This document shows positions 1-9,215 of a DNA stretch of 64,000 nt, one piece after another (within the stretch, counting starts at the first letter, position 1; each line of letters begins with the position of its first letter). A program made the position numbers and the translations under genes. Origin of the DNA: an uncultured Clostridia bacterium (GTDB lineage: Bacteria > Bacillota > Clostridia > TANB77 > CAG-508); contig CALXFD010000001.1 in the NCBI GenBank assembly GCA_944387495.1, forward strand, positions 22,025 through 86,024. The letters run 5' to 3'. Below the pieces are notes generated by a model. That model searched no databases. It saw only the letters and a program-made list of their open reading frames with translations, and was not told the DNA's origin.

Positions 1-794
1 CTTATTAATTTTAGTGATAAAAATTAATTTGTTCATTTTTTAATTTCAGAGTTCAAATAAAAAAATATACTCTCTGTATAATTATTTATATAATTAACAT
101 ATTTTGAAATATTTTGCAATAGTTTTTGGTTGTTTTATGTAACTTTTTATCGCATTTTTTCGACTTTTTATGATAAAAGTATAAGTAAATATATATTCAA
201 AATTCAATGCTATAAAAAAGATTTAGCATAAAATAAGAAAGTGGACAACAGCATTTTTTTATTTTAACAAAAAATCTAGTGGTGATTTTTATTTCACGCA
301 CTAGATTTTAGATTCTCAGATTGCATGCTGTTTATCAAATATTTGTTTTTTCTATACTTTTTTCTTTTCAACTCTTTTTTAGCTAAATTTTTTCGTTTTC
401 TTTTAGTATTTTATCTTTTGTTTATTTTTATACTTTCAGTTTTAGTATAATTTTCATCTGTTTTATTGTTGATGTGTTTTTATCATTTGTAATGGCTCTG
501 TAATTGAATTGTAATATTTTATAAACTATATTTATAAATACACAAAAATAGCAAAACAAAACCTATTTTTATAGGTTTAATTTTGCTATTTTTATTAATA
601 TATTTATTTTCTCTAAACTAATTTTTTTGTGTGTGTACTCTCACAAGGCTTTCAGCTGTTTCTTTCATTTTTATCCTCTTTCGTTTGTTTTTATTTATTA
701 TATATTATCATTTTGTTTATTTCTTTTCAATATTTATTACTAAATTTTCTCATATATTCTTCAATTTCTATTTAAAAAATCAGCTAAAATCTAT

Positions 795-2234
795 CTACAT
801 CACCCAAACAGATACAGACTTTGCCTTTACCTTAAATACTCCATAGCCTTCTCCATCTATTATTACTTCTTCATTACAATTCCCCATGGCATCTAGCATT
901 TTTTCTCCCGCATAATCTTTTCCTATATACATTCTCTTTTCTGTATCGTTTTTATTAGATATTAAAACAGCCAATCCTGATTTTATATGTTCATTATCTC
1001 CTTCTCTTGTCCAACCTATGCAATTTGGGTTATCGAAATAATCATTTTGTTTTCCGTATGCTTTTTCTTTTCTTAATGTAATTATTGTTTCTAGTTCTTT
1101 TATTGGTTCTACATTATCATGTGGTATTCCGTAATAATCACCATAAAATACACATGGATAACCTTCATCTCTTAATAAAATTAAAGCATATGCTGGTAGT
1201 TTAAACCATCTTTCCACAAAGCTTTGCAAGCTTTGCCCTGGTTGTGTATCATGGTTATCTACAAATGTTACAGCTTTACTTGGATTTTCTTTCATTAATG
1301 TTTTATCTAAGATTTGTGTAAGATTATAATTTTCATCTCTTGATGCATTATATAAATTATAATGTAATGGAACATCAAATAATGAAACTTCTCCATTTGT
1401 TTCTGTTATATATCTATGTAATTTTGAAACATCTCCACTCCAATATTCACCAACTGCAAATAATTCTTCTTTTAACTCTTTTCTTAATATTTTTAGCCAC
1501 TTTTCATAAAAATCTGCATTTATATGTTTAACTGCATCTAATCTAAAACCATCTACATCTGTTGTTTCTATGTACCATTTTCCCCATTTTAGTAATTCTT
1601 CTCTTACTTCTTCATTAGAAAAATCTATATCTGCTCCCATTAGATAATCATAATTTCCATATTCTTCATCAACTTCGCCACTCCATGATTTATCTATAAA
1701 TTTAAAAATTGCATGTTCTTTTGTTTTATCATTATAATCAATACCATCAAAATGTGTCCAATTCCATTCAAAATCTGAATATTTTTTCTTTCTACCTGGA
1801 AATGTAAATTTAGTAGCTACTCTCACTATTTCTTTGCCTGATATAACTTCATTATGATTACCCCAATCAACTTTCTCTGCTGGAATAGTTTGTAACATAT
1901 CAGCTCCCATTTTATGATTTAAAACAATATCCGCATAACTTTCAATTCCAGCTTGTTTTAGAACTTGTATACAATTAATATATTCATCTTTTGAACCATA
2001 TTTAGTTTTAACAGTATCTTTTTGAGGAAATTCTCCTAAATCATACAAATCATAAACGCCATAACCAACTTCATCTTTTCCACCAATCCCTTTATATGCA
2101 GGAGGTAGCCATAAAGCAGTAATACCTACATCTGCTAATTTCTCTGCATTTTCACTAATTTCATTCCACAAATTTTGCTCACAATTCATATACCATTCAA
2201 AATATTGCATTATAACTCCATTTATTTTCTTCAT
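795..2234 (-). CDS. alpha-amylase, GH13 family (cytoplasmic type)
   Basis: 479-aa ORF with GH13 signatures (GFRLDAVKHI, GEYW, FVDNHDTQP). Confidence 0.9.
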   Translation of the reverse strand: MKKINGVIMQYFEWYMNCEQNLWNEISENAEKLADVGITALWLPPAYKGIGGKDEVGYGVYDLYDLGEFPQKDTVKTKYGSKDEYINCIQVLKQAGIESYADIVLNHKMGADMLQTIPAEKVDWGNHNEVISGKEIVRVATKFTFPGRKKKYSDFEWNWTHFDGIDYNDKTKEHAIFKFIDKSWSGEVDEEYGNYDYLMGADIDFSNEEVREELLKWGKWYIETTDVDGFRLDAVKHINADFYEKWLKILRKELKEELFAVGEYWSGDVSKLHRYITETNGEVSLFDVPLHYNLYNASRDENYNLTQILDKTLMKENPSKAVTFVDNHDTQPGQSLQSFVERWFKLPAYALILLRDEGYPCVFYGDYYGIPHDNVEPIKELETIITLRKEKAYGKQNDYFDNPNCIGWTREGDNEHIKSGLAVLISNKNDTEKRMYIGKDYAGEKMLDAMGNCNEEVIIDGEGYGVFKVKAKSVSVWVM

Positions 2235-2470
2235 CTAAAAACACATTCCTCTCTCACTTTTCTCTAAAAGGCATACATATGAAAAAAAATCTCTCAAACT
2301 AATACCTCTCCAATTTTTATATCAATTATAATATGCTAAATTTTCTTTTTTTTCAATATTTTATATTCAAATTTTTTAAAATAAATTACTACATAATTTA
2401 TTTTAAAACTATTTATATCTTTTCTTTTATTTTCCCATTTAATATCTTGTATCGCCTTCTATATTCCTAA

Positions 2471-2754
2471 GTAAAATAAGTTAAGTGCTTAGAATTAAGT
2501 ATGGATAATCTTGCTGTTAAGCCCTGGCGGAAGTATTATTATATTATTTTTTATAATGAGCTTGTGTGGGGACCAGCAAGTTAGAAACTGTTATGAAATG
2601 TCCCGTACCAATAACATTGTCCCAACACCCACCTATTTCATTACAGTTTCTTACGCAGTTGGGACGAATTATAAAAAATAATATAATAATACTTCCGCCA
2701 GGGCTTAACAGCAAGATTATCCATACTTAATTCTAAGCATTTAACTTATTTTAC
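2471..2754. repeat. Type C hairpin-enclosed GC-rich module (candidate structured RNA)
   Basis: 87-nt arms 2471-2557 and 2668-2754 are reverse complements with one difference (G2485 vs T2740). They enclose a 110-nt GC-rich core. The 3' arm ends 5 nt from the stop codon at 2760. Confidence 0.85.
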
Positions 2755-2759
2755 ACTTC

Positions 2760-3599
2760 CTATTTTATATACTCATTTGGATTTACAGGCAATGAATCCT
2801 TTAAAATCTCAAAATGTAAATGTGGCTCATCCGCAATTTCAAAAACAGCTGTATTTCCAACAGTTCCAATTGACTGTCCCTTTTCTACCTTTTCTCCTTC
2901 CACCACAAATTCAGAAGTTAGTAAATTTGAATATACTGTCTGAAAATTATTTCCATGGTCTATAACTATTGTTAATCCATATCTTGGGTCATTTTTTATT
3001 GATTTTATAGTACCTGCTTCTGCTGATTTTACTACTGTTGTTTTATCTGCTTTTATATCTATTCCACTATGTGTTACCCATTCTTGTAGTGTTTCTGAAT
3101 ATACCAAATTATCTTGTGCATACTCTTTTATAACTTCACCTTCTACTGGTTTTTGGAAAGTTAATTCTACTGCTTTTTCCTTATTTTCTTCTTTTACAGT
3201 ATTTTCTGCATTTGTTGTAGTATTTTGCTTAGTTGTATTTGCCACTGTATTTGAACTTTTTGCTGATGTATTAGTTTTACTTGTATTAGTTGAAGTATTT
3301 GTTACAGCATTCATTGTATTACTTGTATTTGCTGTATTTGTACTACTATTTGTATTTTGTGCTTCATTTACTGTTTTCCCCATTTGTGTACTTGCACTTT
3401 GAGTATCTTCAATTATATTTGTCATTTCTTCTAATGACATTGTTCCGCTTTTAACTTCTTCTTTTACTTTATTACTATATATTAATACTGCAACTATTAT
3501 TATTGATAATATTGCTACTCCTATTATGCTATATAATATTATTTTATCACTTAAACTTTTTTGCAAATTGTCTTTTTTTAAATTTAAATTTCTTTTCAT
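2760..3599 (-). CDS. M23/LytM peptidase with N-terminal TM helix, SpoIIQ-like (directly downstream of spoIID)
   Basis: C-terminal LytM domain (HLHFEI). N/T-rich linker and TM segment. Start moved to the internal ATG preceded by AAGGAGG. Adjacent to spoIID as in clostridial spoIID-spoIIQ. Confidence 0.7.
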   Translation of the reverse strand: MKRNLNLKKDNLQKSLSDKIILYSIIGVAILSIIIVAVLIYSNKVKEEVKSGTMSLEEMTNIIEDTQSASTQMGKTVNEAQNTNSSTNTANTSNTMNAVTNTSTNTSKTNTSAKSSNTVANTTKQNTTTNAENTVKEENKEKAVELTFQKPVEGEVIKEYAQDNLVYSETLQEWVTHSGIDIKADKTTVVKSAEAGTIKSIKNDPRYGLTIVIDHGNNFQTVYSNLLTSEFVVEGEKVEKGQSIGTVGNTAVFEIADEPHLHFEILKDSLPVNPNEYIK

Positions 3600-3670
3600 T
3601 ATATATTCCTCCTTAAATACTTTGTTATTACAAGTATTTCCGTTTTTTAGAAGAATATACATTTTTTTAC

Positions 3671-4681
3671 TTAAATATCATTGATATTTTTTATTTCCAC
3701 TCCTACATAAAAATGTTCTATAATTTCTTCACAATTTTTTCCTTGTTTTGCCATGCTGTCAGCTCCTGTTTGGCTCATTCCTACTCCATGTCCATATCCT
3801 TTTACATCAAATTTTATTTTTTCATTTTCCCTCACTATACCAAAATTAGTTGATTTTAAACCCAATATAGTTCTTGCTTCTGTTCCTGATATATTATGGT
3901 TTCCAAATTTTATTGTTTTTACTCTACCACTATCTGTATATTCTAAGATTTTTATATCATCTTGATTATTAAAATCTATTGTAATATCTGAATATTTTTC
4001 TTTTAGCTTATTAATCAATTCTTCTTGTGTAAATTCTACTTGTGAACTATATTGGCTATATTCATCTTCTCCTGATGTTTCTACTACTTGTAAATATGGC
4101 AAGTCTGTTCCACCTCCCCAAACATTTACAGGTATTTCTGTTTTTCCTCCACTATTTGAATGAAAAAATGCATTTATTGGTTCATTATTATATGTTATTA
4201 TTTTACCCTGTGTTGCTTTTACACAATTCTCTATTTTTTGCCAGTTTGCTTCTCTTTGCTCTTCATTCCATCTATTTAATCTATCTTCTTTCGAAATCCA
4301 TGCCTGGCAACAATTAGAATCATCACATATATCTGCATTATCATGTTTTTTATTCTTTATTTTATAAATTGTATATGTTCTCGCAACTATCGCTTGTGCC
4401 TTTAATGCCTCTTCTTCAAAATCTGCTGGCATCTCTGCTGAAACAACATTACATAAATATGTATCAAGCTCTACCTCTTCTACTTCACCAGTTTTTGCAT
4501 GTAACAGTTTTATTGTTCCATATTTATTATAATTATATTTTTCCTCTTCTATTTTTGCTTCTTCATTTTTATCTTTCTCTTCTTTTTGAACTGCCCCATT
4601 AACTGCATCTTTTGTTAACAATGCAGGTATTATAAAGCAAATTAGTAAAAATATTAAAAAATATATTAGAACTTTTTTCAA
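3671..4681 (-). CDS. spoIID: stage II sporulation protein D (lytic transglycosylase)
   Basis: 336-aa ORF with the SpoIID family pattern (AQAIVARTY, FHSNSGG, GHGVGMSQ) and an N-terminal signal/TM. Confidence 0.9.
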   Translation of the reverse strand: MKKVLIYFLIFLLICFIIPALLTKDAVNGAVQKEEKDKNEEAKIEEEKYNYNKYGTIKLLHAKTGEVEEVELDTYLCNVVSAEMPADFEEEALKAQAIVARTYTIYKIKNKKHDNADICDDSNCCQAWISKEDRLNRWNEEQREANWQKIENCVKATQGKIITYNNEPINAFFHSNSGGKTEIPVNVWGGGTDLPYLQVVETSGEDEYSQYSSQVEFTQEELINKLKEKYSDITIDFNNQDDIKILEYTDSGRVKTIKFGNHNISGTEARTILGLKSTNFGIVRENEKIKFDVKGYGHGVGMSQTGADSMAKQGKNCEEIIEHFYVGVEIKNINDI

Positions 4682-4704
4682 AATTTCACCTCTTATTTAA
4701 TTTA

Positions 4705-5433
4705 TTAGGAACATAATTTCATTTTCATATTATTTAAAATTTTTCTTTCTAATCTTGATACTTGCACCTGTGTAATTCCCAAAATTTTAGCTACTTGTGA
4801 CTGTGTTTTTTCTTTAAAAAATCTAAGCATAATTATTTCTTTATCTCTTTTACTTAAATTTTCTATCATTTCATTTAATGTTATTTTTGTTGTAATCATT
4901 TCTTCTTCATCTTTATTTGTTGATAATTTTTCTATCAAATTTATACTATTACCATCTTTATTGTCTGTATAATATGTTCCATCAATTGATTCCACCATAT
5001 TTGTTGATTCTAATGCTAGTACAACATCTTCTTTTGATATTTTTAATTTTTTAGCTATATCTTCTACTTCAATTTCTATTCCTTTTTGAGCTAAATATTC
5101 CTTTTGAATTTCTTTTATTTTTACTCCTAATTCTTTTATACCTCTACTCACTTTAATTGGTCCATCATCTCTTATATATCTTTTAATCTCTCCTATCATA
5201 TATGGAACTGCATATGTAGATAATTTTACATCATAATTTGTATCAAATCTTTTTATTGATTTAATAAAACCTATACAACCTATCTGGTATAAATCTTCTA
5301 GTTCATATCCCCTTCCATTAAATCTTTTCACAATACTCCAAATTAAACCTGTATTTTCCTTCAAGATTTTTTCCATCTCATATTTATCACCAGACTGTGC
5401 TTTTTTTATAGCTTCTGTACTATTTTCAAACAT
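4705..5433 (-). CDS. sigF: sporulation sigma factor F
   Basis: 242-aa sigma-70 family ORF, third gene after spoIIAA-spoIIAB. Region 2 and region 4 HTH (TQSQVAKILGITQVQVSRLE). Confidence 0.9.
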   Translation of the reverse strand: MFENSTEAIKKAQSGDKYEMEKILKENTGLIWSIVKRFNGRGYELEDLYQIGCIGFIKSIKRFDTNYDVKLSTYAVPYMIGEIKRYIRDDGPIKVSRGIKELGVKIKEIQKEYLAQKGIEIEVEDIAKKLKISKEDVVLALESTNMVESIDGTYYTDNKDGNSINLIEKLSTNKDEEEMITTKITLNEMIENLSKRDKEIIMLRFFKEKTQSQVAKILGITQVQVSRLERKILNNMKMKLCS

Positions 5434-5448
5434 ATAAATCCCTACTTT

Positions 5449-5925
5449 TTATTCATTAGTAATCATTGAAAATTCTTCTTCGTCATCATCATTTTCTATT
5501 TTATTTTTAATTTTTTTAGACATAGTAACTTTCGTACCTAAACCAACTACTGACTCAACATCAACTTTATCCATAAAACTTTCCATTATAGTAAATCCCA
5601 TTCCAGACCTTTCTAAATTAGGCTTTGTAGTATATAAAGGCTCTTTTGCCATATCTATATTTTCTATACCTTTTCCTTTATCAGAAATTTCTAGTATAAT
5701 TTCATTTTCTTTTAACCTAGCAAAAATCTTTACTATTCCCTGTCTTTTATCATATCCATGTATTATGCAATTTGTAACCGCCTCAGAAACTGCTGTTTTA
5801 ATATCTGCCAATTCTTCTATGGTAGGATCTAACTGTGACGCAAAAGCTGCAACTGAAATTCTTGCAAATGCCTCATTAGCAGATTTACTAATAAATTCTA
5901 ATTTCATTTCATTTTCAAACTCCAT
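5449..5925 (-). CDS. spoIIAB: anti-sigma F factor (serine kinase)
   Basis: HATPase-type ORF ([25 protein letters not shown]) between spoIIAA and sigF. Confidence 0.9.
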   Translation of the reverse strand: MEFENEMKLEFISKSANEAFARISVAAFASQLDPTIEELADIKTAVSEAVTNCIIHGYDKRQGIVKIFARLKENEIILEISDKGKGIENIDMAKEPLYTTKPNLERSGMGFTIMESFMDKVDVESVVGLGTKVTMSKKIKNKIENDDDEEEFSMITNE

Positions 5926-5969
5926 ATTACTTTCTCCTCATATAATATTTTTCATTAAAAACCAATACT

Positions 5970-6290
5970 CTATTTTGTAATACTATCTGTAACTGGTATT
6001 AATTTCAAAATTCCACTCATTTCAAAAATCCTCTTAATACTACTTGTTAGATTTGTTAATTCCAAATTACCACCTAACATCTTCACAAACTTATATCTCC
6101 CTATTATTAGGCCTATTCCCGCACTATCCATAAAAGTAACGCTATCAAAATCAAATACAACTCTCTTAGGCATATATCTTTCAATCTCATAATCAGCTTT
6201 CCTCCTTATCTTTTGAACACTATAATCATCAATTTCTTCTGTAATCCTAAATACCAGTAGCTTGTCCCTTTCATAAAAAACCGTTTCCAT
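5970..6290 (-). CDS. spoIIAA: anti-sigma F factor antagonist (STAS domain)
   Basis: STAS pattern (FMDSAGIGLIIGRY). Real start taken at METVFYE, preceded by AAGGAGG. The longer track ORF runs into repeat element A1. Confidence 0.85.
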   Translation of the reverse strand: METVFYERDKLLVFRITEEIDDYSVQKIRRKADYEIERYMPKRVVFDFDSVTFMDSAGIGLIIGRYKFVKMLGGNLELTNLTSSIKRIFEMSGILKLIPVTDSITK

Positions 6291-6315
6291 AACTACCTCC
6301 TTCTTTTCCTTTACT

Positions 6316-6344
6316 ATTATAAAACTTTTTACATTATTTTCCAA
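6316..6344 (-). promoter_or_regulatory. possible promoter of the spoIIA operon (-35 TTGGAA, 17 nt, -10 TATAAT)
   Basis: Hexamers read on the minus strand about 25 nt upstream of the spoIIAA RBS. Sequence match only. Confidence 0.3.
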
Positions 6345-6377
6345 TAGCAAAATATTAGAAGTTTTGTCGAATAGAAA

Positions 6378-6644
6378 TTTTTTTGGATATAATAGTTTTA
6401 ATCTTACTAGTGGCTTTACAGGGGATACTATTTTATAAAATTTATGAAATGACGAATGCGACCGAAAATAGCCGTACGCATTCTTAGCAACAAGTAAATG
6501 AGGGCGCGTCCTCACGAGAGGCTCGTTTACTTTTGATTAGAATGCGTAGGCTATGAAAGGGAAGCCGAGGAATTTCATAAATTTTATAAAATAGTATCCC
6601 CTGTAAAGCCACTAGTAAGATTAAAACTATTATATCCAAAAAAA
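6378..6644. repeat. Type A hairpin-enclosed GC-rich module, copy 1
   Basis: Perfect 73-bp inverted repeat (6378-6450 / 6572-6644) around a 121-nt core (59 of 121 G+C by my count). The 3' arm abuts the ytfJ stop codon at 6645. Confidence 0.9.
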
Positions 6645-7262
6645 TTATTCATCATCGTCTAATGTTTCATCATATTCATACTCATAAGTTACTTCCTCTT
6701 CTGGCATAATATCTTTTCTAACTTTTTCCGTACTCCTTTTAATCTTATCACCTTGTTTTATCTGTTTTTCTTCTACCTTTTCAATCTTCTTTTCTGCATT
6801 ATTCTGATTTTTTTGAATTTGATTAATTATCTTTTTAGTTTCTTCCTTTTTATTTTGTATACACCTATTCATCATATTATTTGCTTTTTCCATTAAATCT
6901 GGAATATAGTCCAATAACTTATCTAATGAAGAAGTATGGTTTACCGGCATTAATTTCACATTATTTGATTGAATCACCAAAAATGCAATTGGATTAATCG
7001 TTACACCTGCACCTGAACCTCCTCCAAATGGTAACCTATATTGAACTTGTTCTTCTTTATCTTTTCTTGTGTATTCGTCAACAGTCTCCCCCTTAAACTC
7101 ACTACCTCCTGCTGCAAATCCAAATGATACTTTTGATATTGGTATTATTACTATATTATTAGAAGTTTCTATTGGTTCACCTATTATTGTATTTACATCT
7201 ATCATATCTTGGATACTATTCATAGCCGTAGTCATAAGACCTTCTATTGGATGTTCGCTCAT
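6645..7262 (-). CDS. ytfJ: YtfJ/GerW family sporulation protein
   Basis: N-terminus MSEHPIEGLM...IIGEPIE...IIPISKVSFGFAAGG is typical of YtfJ. K/E-rich tail. Confidence 0.8.
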   Translation of the reverse strand: MSEHPIEGLMTTAMNSIQDMIDVNTIIGEPIETSNNIVIIPISKVSFGFAAGGSEFKGETVDEYTRKDKEEQVQYRLPFGGGSGAGVTINPIAFLVIQSNNVKLMPVNHTSSLDKLLDYIPDLMEKANNMMNRCIQNKKEETKKIINQIQKNQNNAEKKIEKVEEKQIKQGDKIKRSTEKVRKDIMPEEEVTYEYEYDETLDDDE

Positions 7263-7875
7263 TTTTATTCTCTCCTTCCTTCTTTATTAATGAATATAAT
7301 ATATTTATAATATGAAACATTTTTATATCAAATATACCAAAAATTAGTATTTTTATTAAATTTTGATTTATATATATTGGTTTTATTATATATTTTGTAT
7401 TTGTTACATCTTTACTTTTCTTACCTAATAAAATTGATATTAATGCACTTATAATAGGAATTAACATTGATGTTAAAAAGGCATTTTCTGTACCTAATTC
7501 AAGATTAAGATTAAATTTTTTTATTTCAAAATCTAAATTCTTAAATTCCCCTATTTGAATTTTTTTGCTTAAAATATCTTGCTCTATTTTTTGCGTCTTT
7601 GCTTTAAATTTATCTTCTTTTAACTTTTTTCTTATTTTTTTATCATCTATTTTTATTTTTAATATTGGAATAAATTTTAGAATATATAATTTAAAATATA
7701 TTTTATAATTTTTATTAGTAAATCCTTTTAATTGTGAATTAAATTCGAAATTATCTATTTCTATTCTGATTTTTGAGAAAATAAATAATAAGATTAGTAT
7801 AAAAATTATTAAAACAAAATAAATAAAAACCAATATTAATTCCTCCTTTCCAGGATTTAATATTAGTTTTTCCAT
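7216..7875 (-). CDS. membrane protein, YtfI/DUF2953-like (upstream partner of ytfJ)
   Basis: 219-aa ORF with an N-terminal TM, overlapping the ytfJ start. Assignment rests on synteny. Confidence 0.5.
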   Translation of the reverse strand: MEKLILNPGKEELILVFIYFVLIIFILILLFIFSKIRIEIDNFEFNSQLKGFTNKNYKIYFKLYILKFIPILKIKIDDKKIRKKLKEDKFKAKTQKIEQDILSKKIQIGEFKNLDFEIKKFNLNLELGTENAFLTSMLIPIISALISILLGKKSKDVTNTKYIIKPIYINQNLIKILIFGIFDIKMFHIINILYSLIKKEGENKNERTSNRRSYDYGYE

Positions 7876-7901
7876 TTTTTAGAATTTTAATCATTTACAA
7901 A

Positions 7902-8663
7902 TTAATCAAGTTCTTTCTTTTTCTTATTTAAACTCACATCAATATCTCCAAATAATATTTCTTGATTTGTTAATACCTTTTTTCTTCTTGACATTTCTAG
8001 AAGTCCACTAAAAGCTGTAACTACTTCTTCTTTATCATGTTTTTTTATTGAAAACATTCTATTAAAAGTAAATCTTTTATTTTTTACTAAAAATTTAAAC
8101 ATTTCTTTTACTTTACTTGCAACTGTATAATTATCTGAAATCGCTATTTTTTCTATATTTTTAGCATTTTGATTTATTTTTTCTTCATTTCTTTTTACTA
8201 GTTTTTCATAAATTTGAGGGATAACTTTATTATCATATTCCTTTTCTATTTTCTGTTTTGGTAATTCTATCTTTTCTTGAACTTTAAAATATCTATTTGA
8301 GTTTTCTTGATAATCATTTTTTAATGTTTTACTTATTTCTTTAAATTTTTTGTATTCAATAATTCTCCTAATTAACTCTTCTTCTGTAAGTTCTTCTTCC
8401 TCCTCTTCTTGTTTTGGCAATAATTTTTTTGATTTAATATATAATAATGTTGAAGCCATAACTAAAAATTCACTTGCTATTTCAAGGTTCATACTTTCCA
8501 TTTTATTTAAATAATCTATATATTGGTCTGTAATTGCAGTTAGATTTATATCATATATATCCATTTTATTTTTTTCTATCAAATGACATAATAAATCTAG
8601 CGGACCTTCAAAATTTTCTATTTTTATTGCATATTTTTGTGTTTCTAATGTTAGTATTGACAT
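7902..8663 (-). CDS. scpA: segregation and condensation protein A
   Basis: FEGPLDLLCHLIEKNKMDIY N-terminus is characteristic of ScpA. Confidence 0.85.
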   Translation of the reverse strand: MSILTLETQKYAIKIENFEGPLDLLCHLIEKNKMDIYDINLTAITDQYIDYLNKMESMNLEIASEFLVMASTLLYIKSKKLLPKQEEEEEELTEEELIRRIIEYKKFKEISKTLKNDYQENSNRYFKVQEKIELPKQKIEKEYDNKVIPQIYEKLVKRNEEKINQNAKNIEKIAISDNYTVASKVKEMFKFLVKNKRFTFNRMFSIKKHDKEEVVTAFSGLLEMSRRKKVLTNQEILFGDIDVSLNKKKKELD

Positions 8664-8686
8664 ATCCTTCTCCCTTATATTATTTA

Positions 8687-9130
8687 TTAGCTTTCAAATG
8701 CCATATTTATATTTTCTGTTTTATATCCTTTTTTCAACAAATATTGTCTTATTTCATCTTCTTCCATAGATGGTAATTTTTTATATATTATATTAGATGC
8801 TGATTTTATTTCATATTGTTCTAACTCTTCTTTATTTTCATATATATATTCATCTATATCATCTTTATTTAATCCTTTTGCTTGTAATTTATATTTAATT
8901 TCTCTTATTGACAAATTTTTTAAAGCCATAAAATTATTCACTGTTTTTCTTATATATTCTTTATCATCTATATATCTTGCCTCTTTTAAATATTCTATCA
9001 CATCTTCTAATAAATTTTCTTCAATCGTTCCTGCAAATTTTCTTCTTACTTCATTTTCACTTCTTTTTTTATATAATATATATTTTAATATTTTAGTTTT
9101 TTCCTTATCAAATTCTTCTACTGTATACAT
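8687..9130 (-). CDS. recX: RecX-family regulatory protein (short form)
   Basis: 147-aa helical-repeat ORF with RecX-like repeats (YIDDKEY, KGLNKDDIDEY). Confidence 0.55.
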   Translation of the reverse strand: MYTVEEFDKEKTKILKYILYKKRSENEVRRKFAGTIEENLLEDVIEYLKEARYIDDKEYIRKTVNNFMALKNLSIREIKYKLQAKGLNKDDIDEYIYENKEELEQYEIKSASNIIYKKLPSMEEDEIRQYLLKKGYKTENINMAFES

Positions 9131-9175
9131 ATTTTCCTTCTTTCTTTTTTCTTGCTACATTTTATTATAGATTTT

Positions 9176-9203
9176 AAAAAAAAGCAATACTTACTATTGC
9201 TTT
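9176..9203 (-). terminator. Rho-independent terminator downstream of pnp and element B1
   Basis: Minus strand reads AAAGCAATA-GTAAG-TATTGCTTT followed by a T run. Confidence 0.75.
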
Positions 9204-9215
9204 ATTAGTAGAGTA

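Noticed and set aside
631-846. 71-aa plus-strand ORF downstream of the amylase gene
   Set aside because: It is a low-complexity F/I/L-rich translation of AT-rich spacer. It overlaps the amylase 3' end and has no RBS.
5970-6515. The 181-aa track ORF extending spoIIAA upstream through element A1 (MRTRPHLLVAKNAYGYF...)
   Set aside because: The extension is translated from the GC-rich core and arm of the repeat and has no RBS. The STAS domain begins at METVFYE, which has a strong AAGGAGG upstream.
6451-6571. Short peptide ORFs inside the type A core (e.g. ATG ACG AAT GCG ACC GAA AAT AGC CGT ACG CAT TCT TAG)
   Set aside because: The start codon is not conserved (GTG in copy 2) and there is no RBS. 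The region is better explained by base pairing.
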